From the NCBI GenBank assembly GCA_964485855.1, contig CAZAKI010000003.1, forward strand, positions 26,096 through 90,095: a stretch of 64,000 nucleotides of DNA, read 5' to 3'. A program made the translations under genes and the position numbers. Shown here one piece after another: positions 1-7,993 of the stretch. Source of the stretch: an uncultured Syntrophomonadaceae bacterium. GTDB taxonomy: Bacteria; Bacillota; Dethiobacteria; DTU022. Under the pieces are notes generated by a model. That model saw only the letters and a list, made by a program, of their open reading frames with translations. It was not told the origin of the DNA and searched no databases. Numbering within the stretch: the first letter of the stretch is position 1; the number at the start of each line of letters is the position of its first letter.

Positions 1-1
1 T

Positions 2-670
2 TTATCGTATATTCAGGATGTCGGGTGGAATAATATTTTATTAGTATTAGCGATCATTGGCATGTTATATGGATCAGTGTGTGCATTTGCCCAGGATGAT
101 CTCAACCGCAGACTGGCTTACTCCGGGGTTGCCCAGATCGGCTATATATTGCTTGGCATTTCCCTGTTAAACGAGCTAGCCTTAGTCGGGGCAGTTTATC
201 ATATCATGGCCCATGCTTTCATGAAAGGCAGTTTGTTTTTATGTGCCGGGGTAATCTATGTCAATACCGGCAAAACAAAGATCAGCGAGATGCAGGGAAT
301 CGGCTTGCAGATGCCGATTATAATGCTTTGCTTTACTATCGCTGCTGTTAGTTCGGTGGGTATTCCACCGTTGAATTTGTTTGTCAGTAAATGGCATCTC
401 GGTTTGGGGGCTTTTGAGGTTGGCATGCCATGGGTTATTGCCGTCCTGATTACGAGCAGCCTATTAAATGCTTCCTATTATTTTCCGATTTCAATCAATG
501 CTTTTCTTGGTTGTCGCGAGCTGAAAAACATAGAGCGCAAGCGATTACGTTTCCAGCCTTTGCGCATTATTCCGGTTATCATATTGGCCCTGGGCGCCTT
601 TATTTTCACGATTGCCCCATTTAACTGGCCCCTGGATCTGGCTCGCAATGTTGCTCAGCTGTTTTTCTAG
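2..670 (+). CDS. Proton-conducting membrane transporter subunit (NuoN/NuoM/MrpD-like, PF00361). 5'-partial: the frame is open to the window edge.
   Basis: No stop upstream of the Met at 62 in the same frame. Polytopic hydrophobic sequence with a complex-I antiporter-type C-terminus (…PFNWPLDLARNVAQLFF) that parallels the next ORF. Confidence 0.75.
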   Translation, partial: LSYIQDVGWNNILLVLAIIGMLYGSVCAFAQDDLNRRLAYSGVAQIGYILLGISLLNELALVGAVYHIMAHAFMKGSLFLCAGVIYVNTGKTKISEMQGIGLQMPIIMLCFTIAAVSSVGIPPLNLFVSKWHLGLGAFEVGMPWVIAVLITSSLLNASYYFPISINAFLGCRELKNIERKRLRFQPLRIIPVIILALGAFIFTIAPFNWPLDLARNVAQLFF

Positions 671-707
671 CCTTAATCTGGTCCATGCATTTCGGAGGTG
701 ATTTATT

Positions 708-2303
708 ATGGAATACGAAATAGTTCACACATTATTGCCGGCAATTATCATTTTTGTGCCGATTATTTCGGGTTTGTTGTTATTTTTCTTTGCCAATTGG
801 CTGGATCCTTACAAGGAGCAGATCTGCATCGGGGTAACCGGTCTCTTTTTCATTTTGGTTTTAACCATGTACCCGTCAATTAAAAGTGGCAAGATATTGT
901 TAGGCATATTTCAGTACTTTTCTTTTCCTTTATCGATCTCTTTTAAGGTTGACCAGTTAACCATTTTTTTGGGGATCTTTTTCGCTTTTGCTTGGTTTAT
1001 GGCAGCGGTTTTTTCACCTGGATATATGGCCCATGAGCATAAAAAGGAACGTTATTATGCTTTTTTCCTGTTGGCTGAAGGTGGTTGCATGGGGACGATT
1101 TTTGCCGGTGATCTTTTGGGACTATTTGTCTTTTTCGAATTTATGGCTCTTACTACTTATGTTTTAATTGCCCATGAAGAAAATGCAGTTACGATGTTCG
1201 CGGCAGCAAAATATCTCTATATGACAGTTTTTGGTGGTTTGTCAGTTTTTGTCGGTTTGCTGATGGTTTATTTCCTCACTGGTTCTGTTTCCTTTAACAG
1301 GCCGGGTTTATTAACCGAACCTTCAACCCTGGCTACAGTAGCCTTCTTTACCTTAATGATTGGTTTTGGGTTAAAAGCCGGGATGTTTCCTGTCCATGTC
1401 TGGTTGCCGGATGCCCACCCTGCTGCTCCATCGCCGGTCAGCGCCGCACTTTCCGGTATTATGCTGAAAACGGGTCTCTACGGAATGATCAGGGTTATTT
1501 ATAATATCTACAGCCCCGAATTTATTCAGCATGCAAACTGGGATACAGTTATGCTGATTCTGGCCGGTATAACGATCCTGCTAGGTTCAGCTATGGCTCT
1601 CTTGCAGGATGATCTGAAGCGAAGGTTGGCCTATTCGAGTATTGCCCAGATCGGTTATATTCTGCTGGGAATATTTTTACTGAGTCAGCAGGGTCTCATT
1701 GGTGGTCTTTACCACCTTTTTACCCACTTATTTATGAAGAGCCTTTTATTTTTATGTGCCGGAGCGATTATTGTCCAAACCGGTATCAGGAATATCAGTC
1801 AGATGAAAGGCATCGGTCTGAAAATGCCACTTACGATGTTCTTCTTTACAATAGCATCATTAACCATGGTTGGTATTCCGCCGTTTAACGGTTTTATCAG
1901 TAAATGGCAGCTTTCCCTTGCTTCTCTCGAAGTAGGGCAGCCAATCTTTGTTGTCATTCTGATTGCCAGCAGCTTGCTCAATGCCGCCTACTATTTTCCG
2001 ATTGTGATCACAGCGTTTTTCCCTGGTCAGCCCGATGCTCATCACGGAGCAGAGCCAGAATCAGTAGATGCTCATAGTGATCATCACGAAGAAACGCAGA
2101 CTGACAATTTAGAGGATAGCGGAAATAAGCAAGGTCCATCTCACTACCGTTATTACGGGGGACGACTGGCTGCGGAAGCACCCTGGCACATGGTTCTTCC
2201 GATGGCTTTGCTGGCAATAGGCTGTATCATTTTTGCCCTGCTGCCGTATAACTGGCCGTGGGAGTTGGTTTTATCGGCTACTCGCTCACTTTTTAATATG
2301 TAA
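708..2303 (+). CDS. Complex I / Mrp antiporter-like subunit (NuoN/MrpD family), carrying a His-rich acidic loop insertion near the C-terminus
   Basis: 531 aa and about 14 TM. Has the conserved motifs WLPDAHPAAPSPVSA and LAYSSIAQIGY. Paralogous to the upstream ORF. RBS ggaggtg lies before the ATG. Confidence 0.85.
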   Translation: MEYEIVHTLLPAIIIFVPIISGLLLFFFANWLDPYKEQICIGVTGLFFILVLTMYPSIKSGKILLGIFQYFSFPLSISFKVDQLTIFLGIFFAFAWFMAAVFSPGYMAHEHKKERYYAFFLLAEGGCMGTIFAGDLLGLFVFFEFMALTTYVLIAHEENAVTMFAAAKYLYMTVFGGLSVFVGLLMVYFLTGSVSFNRPGLLTEPSTLATVAFFTLMIGFGLKAGMFPVHVWLPDAHPAAPSPVSAALSGIMLKTGLYGMIRVIYNIYSPEFIQHANWDTVMLILAGITILLGSAMALLQDDLKRRLAYSSIAQIGYILLGIFLLSQQGLIGGLYHLFTHLFMKSLLFLCAGAIIVQTGIRNISQMKGIGLKMPLTMFFFTIASLTMVGIPPFNGFISKWQLSLASLEVGQPIFVVILIASSLLNAAYYFPIVITAFFPGQPDAHHGAEPESVDAHSDHHEETQTDNLEDSGNKQGPSHYRYYGGRLAAEAPWHMVLPMALLAIGCIIFALLPYNWPWELVLSATRSLFNM

Positions 2304-2406
2304 TAAACCACAAGGCCTTATACTTTCCAGTCTTTATTAAGATCATTATTAATAGGTATTAATTTATTATTATATTACTGTTCAACCTCAAAGGAGTTCG
2401 GGTCAG

Positions 2407-4587
2407 ATGAGTGGCGTTCCTTCATCAGGTACCTTGTCCGGCATTCTGCCACTGGCTATAGTTTTGCTGCCGATTGGCGGGGCATTTTTATCAGCCCTGA
2501 TTGGACGTATTTCCGAGCGATATCGAGATATTTTTGTCCTGGCGGTAACGGCTTTAACTGTTTTTCTATCGGCAATACTATTTATTATCAGCTGGGGTGA
2601 TCTTGTTGTCAGTCGTTTTGTGGTGGGATATAGTGAGATTCCCCTTTATTTTAGTGTTGATCGATTAGGAGCTGTTTTTAACTTACTATCGGCTTTTGTC
2701 TGGTTTCTGGCTACTCTATTTTCTCTTTCTTACATGACCCACGAAAACCGAAGAAATCGCTACTATTCTTTCTATCTGCTGACCCTTGGGGGTTGCCTGG
2801 GCGTATTCTTAACAGGCGATCTGTTTAGTCTCTTTTTCTTTTTTGAGATGATGTCAATCGCTTCATATCTCTTAGTTGTTCATAACCAGTCAGAAGAAGC
2901 GATAAAAGCCGGACGTCTTTATATTTTCCTTGGTGTTTTTGGTGGGCTATGTTTATTGACAGCTATTATGCTCATCTATTGGTACACCGGTTCGGTTATG
3001 ATTACACCGATGCTTGAAACGTTAATTCTGCTGCCCACCCGTTTTTTGATTTTGTTCTTATTGATTGTTGGTTTTGGCATTAAAGCCGGAATGGTTCCTT
3101 TGCATATTTGGTTGCCGAAGGCTCATCCGGTTGCGCCTGCCCCGGCTAGTGCTCTGCTTTCTGGCATTATGATTAAAACCGGGGCTTACGGAATTATCCG
3201 TGTGATGACCCTGATCTATACACCGGCTGCAGAGGAAGCCAAAAATCTTTGGGCTTTTTCAGAGCATTCCGGTCACATTCTGATCCTAATTGGTATCCTG
3301 ACGATGTTTGTTGCTGCTGTTATGGCCCTTTTTCAGTTAAATGCCAAGAGGATCCTGGCATACAGTAGTATTAGCCAGATGGGGTATATTTTGATGGGGA
3401 TCGGAGTATGTGCCTATCTGGGGTTGGATGGGGCTGTTGCTTTTGGAGGTTTTACTTTTCATGTCGTCAACCATGCATTTTTTAAAGCAGCCATGTTTAT
3501 GATGGTTGGCGCGGTATTCTACCGGACCGGTGAAATTGAACTGCACCGCCTGGGCGGGCTTTGGCGTGATTTTCCGGTAACAACAATCGTCTTTTTGTTG
3601 GCTGCAATGGGCATTGCCGGTATACCCGGTTTAAACGGTTATACGAGCAAGGTCCTTCTGCACCATGCTATTGTTGAAGCTTATGAACATCATCATCTGA
3701 TTTCATTGTACTGGGCCGAAAAAATATTTATGCTGACCGGGATTTTAACTACTTGCTATATAACCAGACTTTTTAGTTCCATTTTCTTAGGCAGCAAACC
3801 TGCACATTTAAAAGCGATTAAAAAAGAACCTTGGAATGAAAAGGTAGTATTTGTCACCATTGGCTTAATATTAGTATTTATCGGTACTAATCCATTTCTA
3901 GCACTGGAAAAATTTATTGTGCCGTTGACCAAGTCTTATCGCTTTAATATTTATTCTATCAAGCACCTGATGGAAGTAAATTTCTGGGATATTCACGACC
4001 TTGAAACAATGGCTTGGGTCGTGGGAATTGCTATATTTCTTTTTGGTGTTGGTTCTCTAACCGGTTTATTCAACCTAAAATTCCCTCCCTGGCTAAGCAT
4101 TGAACAAATTGGATACCGCCCGGTTGTCAGTTCGCTGTTGTTTGTTTTTACCAGGAGCGGCAGGGGGCTTGAATTGACTGTTGATAGCGTATACATCAAC
4201 AGTCCCCGTTTTTTGACTTATTATTGCCAGGGAGGAAAGATGCTTGATGCGGCTGCCGATTATTTGCTTGTTGATACTTTAGGACCTCTCAAGAAGTTGG
4301 GCAGACGGATTTACGAGTTTGAAACTCAGGGCATCTGGTTCACCAGACTAATGCGGCAGCTTGGATGGATAATGTTAAATATCCACAAAGGATGGGTTTA
4401 TTACCTGCGGTACTTTTTCAACCGTTCCAGGATCTTTTTTCTGACCATCTTCTATTTTCTGTTTCATTTGGATTATAAGCCGCGGGGAAAATTTTTTATG
4501 CTGGTCAACACTTCAAATTTCGAGTACTATGTAATTATATTTTTTCTGGTTTTGATTATTATCATGTCACTACAGCTTTTTACTTAA
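2407..4587 (+). CDS. Complex I / Mrp antiporter-like subunit (NuoL/MrpA/HyfB-like, PF00361) with a roughly 220 aa C-terminal extension
   Basis: 726 aa. N-terminal NuoL-type core (WLPKAHPVAPAPASALLSG, LAYSSISQMGY). The extra TM and amphipathic segments after the core are reminiscent of the NuoL long helix. Confidence 0.8.
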   Translation: MSGVPSSGTLSGILPLAIVLLPIGGAFLSALIGRISERYRDIFVLAVTALTVFLSAILFIISWGDLVVSRFVVGYSEIPLYFSVDRLGAVFNLLSAFVWFLATLFSLSYMTHENRRNRYYSFYLLTLGGCLGVFLTGDLFSLFFFFEMMSIASYLLVVHNQSEEAIKAGRLYIFLGVFGGLCLLTAIMLIYWYTGSVMITPMLETLILLPTRFLILFLLIVGFGIKAGMVPLHIWLPKAHPVAPAPASALLSGIMIKTGAYGIIRVMTLIYTPAAEEAKNLWAFSEHSGHILILIGILTMFVAAVMALFQLNAKRILAYSSISQMGYILMGIGVCAYLGLDGAVAFGGFTFHVVNHAFFKAAMFMMVGAVFYRTGEIELHRLGGLWRDFPVTTIVFLLAAMGIAGIPGLNGYTSKVLLHHAIVEAYEHHHLISLYWAEKIFMLTGILTTCYITRLFSSIFLGSKPAHLKAIKKEPWNEKVVFVTIGLILVFIGTNPFLALEKFIVPLTKSYRFNIYSIKHLMEVNFWDIHDLETMAWVVGIAIFLFGVGSLTGLFNLKFPPWLSIEQIGYRPVVSSLLFVFTRSGRGLELTVDSVYINSPRFLTYYCQGGKMLDAAADYLLVDTLGPLKKLGRRIYEFETQGIWFTRLMRQLGWIMLNIHKGWVYYLRYFFNRSRIFFLTIFYFLFHLDYKPRGKFFMLVNTSNFEYYVIIFFLVLIIIMSLQLFT

Positions 4588-4681
4588 AAAAATAGTAGGC
4601 AGGTTTCTTTAGGCAATTTGAATATAGATAACCAATAGCGGAAACACAGTTATAGCTTAGAAAGAAAGAAGGGATTTAATA

Positions 4682-6025
4682 ATGATTGAACAGGAACTGG
4701 CCAAATTTGCCAGGGAATTATCTTACGACATGCTGCCAAAAGAAGTGATCCAGCAGGCCAGGATTTGTCTCTTAGATCTTGTCGGCACCGCTTGTGCAGG
4801 AGCTATGGCCCTGCCGGGACATGTTGTTACAGATATCATTGAGGCAGCTGGCGGTAATCCTCAGGCCGTTTTAATCGGTCGCAAGGAAAAAGTGCCTGCG
4901 TTAAATGCTGCTCTTGGAAACGGACTATATGCGCATTCCCTTGAACTTGACGATTTACACCGTAGTTCTATTCTCAGGCCTGGTTCGCCAATTATCCCGG
5001 CAGCTCTTGCGGCTGCGGAAAAGGTGGGAGCTTCCGGTAAAGATCTGATTACGGCAATTGTTGCTGGTTATGAAGTAGGAATTAGAATAGCGGAAGCGAT
5101 GACTCCAAGCCATTATAATTTTTGGCATACTACTGGAACCTGCGGAACTTTTGCCGCGGCGATTGCTGCCGGCAAAGTAATGAATCTTGATCAGGAACAA
5201 TTAATCAATGCTCTCGGCCATGCCGGGACCCAGGCGGCCGGGTTGATGGAGCTACACTATAGCCCTGAAGGGATGATGAGCAAGCCTTTGCATGCCAGTA
5301 AAGCGGCCCAAAACGGTTTGTTTTCAGCTATGCTGGCAGCAGGAGGTTATTCCAGCACAAAAACCATCCTATCTGGAGAAAAAGGATTTTTAAGGGTATT
5401 TGCGCCAAAAGCAAAGATGGAAAAAATAATTGAGGGTTTAGGTGAAGACTATAAAATCATGCAAATTAGTTTCCGGATCTACGCTTCTACTCGACATACT
5501 CATGCCGGAATAGATCTTGCCCTCAGGTTACGCGAGAAGGGAATAAAGCCAGAAGATATTGAACTGTTAAGGATTCAAACTTATGGAGTAGCCCGTGACC
5601 TGGTTGGCGAACCTTTTCCGCTAACGGTTTACGAGGCTAAGTTCAGTTTGCCTTTCTGTGTTTCAACTGCTCTGGTTTACGGCCACGTCGGTGTAGAAGA
5701 TTTTACTGAGGAACGTATCTCTGATCCGGTGCTTGAAGAGCTAATGAGCCATTGTACCGTGGAAATTGATCCATTGATTGATGCGCACTATCCCCAAAAA
5801 TGGGGCGCCAAACTGAACGTGATTTTACGTAATGGCAATGTTGATCATGAGCAAACTGATTTTCCGAAAGGCGATCCGGAAAACAAACTGACCCTGGATC
5901 AGCTTCACGCAAAGTTTCGCAGACTTTCAGCCCTGCTTCTTCCATCTTCGAAAATTGAAGCCTGGCTGGGGCAATTTATGAAACTAGAATCGTTTGACAA
6001 CATTGCTGATATGTGGCGAATTTAA
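4682..6025 (+). CDS. MmgE/PrpD family protein (2-methylcitrate dehydratase / cis-aconitate decarboxylase superfamily)
   Basis: 447 aa with typical PrpD N- and C-terminal domain sequence. Its own RBS sits 94 bp after the antiporter-like ORF. The next terminator is not until 6104. Confidence 0.8.
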   Translation: MIEQELAKFARELSYDMLPKEVIQQARICLLDLVGTACAGAMALPGHVVTDIIEAAGGNPQAVLIGRKEKVPALNAALGNGLYAHSLELDDLHRSSILRPGSPIIPAALAAAEKVGASGKDLITAIVAGYEVGIRIAEAMTPSHYNFWHTTGTCGTFAAAIAAGKVMNLDQEQLINALGHAGTQAAGLMELHYSPEGMMSKPLHASKAAQNGLFSAMLAAGGYSSTKTILSGEKGFLRVFAPKAKMEKIIEGLGEDYKIMQISFRIYASTRHTHAGIDLALRLREKGIKPEDIELLRIQTYGVARDLVGEPFPLTVYEAKFSLPFCVSTALVYGHVGVEDFTEERISDPVLEELMSHCTVEIDPLIDAHYPQKWGAKLNVILRNGNVDHEQTDFPKGDPENKLTLDQLHAKFRRLSALLLPSSKIEAWLGQFMKLESFDNIADMWRI

Positions 6026-6103
6026 GGTTGCAACGGGTTGCTGCTAATTAGTAAAATGGGAAGAGAGTATATTTACATCAAGTATTAAACCTATAGTACA
6101 AAT

Positions 6104-6129
6104 AAAACCGGGATTAAATCCCGGTTTTT
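6104..6129. terminator. Bidirectional rho-independent terminator (ccggga-ttaaa-tcccgg plus T-run), shared by the MmgE/PrpD operon and the 3' end of tRNA-Val
   Basis: 6 bp GC stem with a 5 nt loop, flanked by an A-run on one side and a T-run on the other. Confidence 0.6.
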
Positions 6130-6203
6130 GGTGCGCCTGCGTGGTTTTGAACCACGGGCCTCCTGCGTGTCAAGCAGGCGCTCTCCCCCTGAGCTACAGG
6201 CGC
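6129..6203 (-). tRNA. tRNA-Val (anticodon GAC), CCA encoded
   Basis: The reverse complement reads GCGCCTGTAGCTCAGGGGGAGAGCGCCTGCTTGACACGCAGGAGGCCCGTGGTTCAAAACCACGCAGGCGCACCA. Clean 7 bp acceptor stem, anticodon loop TTGACAC, T-arm GGTTCAAAACC. Confidence 0.85.
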
Positions 6204-6223
6204 AAGGATAAGATCGCTTCAAT

Positions 6224-6253
6224 ATTTTAGCATTTGCAAAGCAGCGCTGTCAA
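6224..6253 (-). promoter_or_regulatory. Sigma-A type promoter for tRNA-Val (TTGACA, 18 nt spacer, TAAAAT on the minus strand)
   Basis: Reverse complement reads TTGACAgcgctgctttgcaaatgcTAAAAT, about 20 nt upstream of the tRNA 5' end. Confidence 0.55.
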
Positions 6254-6338
6254 GGAAACGAAAACGCTGTCCAGCTATATAAATAATACTTTCTGTGCTA
6301 TGATAACCTTATATTTTACTTAGCGGGGAGGGACTTGC

Positions 6339-7304
6339 TTGCCTGCCAATTTAACTCCTCAGTATTACGCTGTCGAAGAAAAATACCGTCAGGCCCAGAC
6401 TAACGAAGAACGAATTAAGGTGCTTCAGGAAATGCTTGCTGTTATTCCCAAGCATAAAGGGACAGAACACCTGCAGGGTGATATTAAAAAAAAGATTGCC
6501 AAACTGAAGGAAGAAGGCAAGAAAAAAAAACAGAGCAAGGGTTTCAATCCCTTTGGAGTTGAGAAACAGGGTGCAGGGCAAGTTGTGCTGGCCGGTTATC
6601 CCAACAGTGGAAAATCTTCTCTGGTTGGTGCCCTTTCCAGGGCTAAAGTTAAGGTGGCAGACTATCCTTATTCAACAGCCTTACCGGTAAGCGGAATGAT
6701 GCCTTATAAAGATACTTTTATACAGCTGGTTGATACTCCTCCTCTATCTGTTGATAATATTCCTTCTGGATTGATCGGCACTTTTAAAGAAGCTGATGCG
6801 ATTTTAGTGGTAATAGATCTTTTCACCGCTGAATGTCTTGAACAATTGGCCGGTTTGATCCAGATATTGCAGGAGCGTGATGTAATTGATCTATCTGAGG
6901 ATGGTACGATTATTGCTCCCCTGCCTTTCCTGGTCGTTGGTAATAAGTGCGACCACCCTGAAGCCGAAGAAAATCTGCAAATTTTAAAAGATTTATGGCC
7001 GGATTTAGAAATAATAGCGGTTTCCTGTACTGGATCAGGTCTGGAGACTTTGAAAGAAAGAATTTACAAGTTGCTTAATATCATTCGAATTTATGGCAAG
7101 CCCTTCGGTAAGGCTCCCGATATGGATCGCCCTTTTATTTTAAGAAAGGGTGGTACTGTATTGGATTTTGCCACCCAGGTTCATAAAGATTTTCCTGAAA
7201 AATTAAAAAGTGCTCTAGTTTGGGGCTCTGCCAAGTTTGACGGGCAAGCGGTGCCCCGTGATTATGTTTTGGAAGACGAGGATATCGTTGAGCTGCAGCT
7301 ATAA
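6339..7304 (+). CDS. DRG/Rbg1-like Obg-family GTPase with a C-terminal TGS domain (COG1163-type)
   Basis: G1 motif GYPNSGKSS and G3 motif DTPP. The N-terminal helix (…KGTEHLQGDIKKKIAKLKEE) is characteristic of DRG. C-terminal TGS-like segment. TTG start with RBS ggaggga. Confidence 0.7.
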   Translation: MPANLTPQYYAVEEKYRQAQTNEERIKVLQEMLAVIPKHKGTEHLQGDIKKKIAKLKEEGKKKKQSKGFNPFGVEKQGAGQVVLAGYPNSGKSSLVGALSRAKVKVADYPYSTALPVSGMMPYKDTFIQLVDTPPLSVDNIPSGLIGTFKEADAILVVIDLFTAECLEQLAGLIQILQERDVIDLSEDGTIIAPLPFLVVGNKCDHPEAEENLQILKDLWPDLEIIAVSCTGSGLETLKERIYKLLNIIRIYGKPFGKAPDMDRPFILRKGGTVLDFATQVHKDFPEKLKSALVWGSAKFDGQAVPRDYVLEDEDIVELQL

Positions 7305-7430
7305 ATCGCCAGAAACTAATTAATTCAGTTTAAAGGTTTTTAATGCAGGAATCTTATTGCTTTCTTGCGAAATAACTTTAATTAAATTAATGAGATTTGT
7401 TTACACATTATTTCAAGGAGCTGATAGGTT

Positions 7431-7982
7431 GTGATTTGGATTATTTTAGGCATTATCGGTTTAATTGTTGTATCGCTTATCGGTATTTACAATCGTTTGG
7501 TAACCTTAAGACAGCGTATTAAAAATGCCTGGGCGCAGATCGAAGTGCAGTTAAAAAGGCGTTATGATTTAATTCCAAACCTGGTTAATACGGTCAAGGG
7601 TTATGCCGCCCATGAAAAAGAGACTTTTGAAAAAGTGACCCAGGCCCGTAATATGGCGATTCAGGCTAAAGATGTCAATGCTCAGGCGGGAGCAGAAAAC
7701 ATGCTTTCCGGAGCGCTTAAAACGCTATTTGCCGTTGCCGAAAGTTACCCCGAGCTGAAGGCAGATGCCAATTTTCGCCAGCTCCAGGATGAGTTGGCCA
7801 ATACTGAAGGAAAGATTGCTTTCGCCAGACAGTTTTACAATGATACTGTCATGAATTACAACACTACCATTCAGCGGTTCCCAACAGTGCTGATTGCCGG
7901 TATGTTTGGATTTACCAAAGAAGAATATTTTAATCTCGATGAAGAAGCAATAGCCAGGGAAGCTGTAAAAGTAGAGTTTTAG
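7431..7982 (+). CDS. LemA family protein
   Basis: 183 aa. N-terminal TM followed by the LemA core (RLVTLRQRIKNAWAQIEVQLKRRYDLIPNLV). Confidence 0.85.
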   Translation: MIWIILGIIGLIVVSLIGIYNRLVTLRQRIKNAWAQIEVQLKRRYDLIPNLVNTVKGYAAHEKETFEKVTQARNMAIQAKDVNAQAGAENMLSGALKTLFAVAESYPELKADANFRQLQDELANTEGKIAFARQFYNDTVMNYNTTIQRFPTVLIAGMFGFTKEEYFNLDEEAIAREAVKVEF

Positions 7983-7993
7983 GAGCGCCGTTG

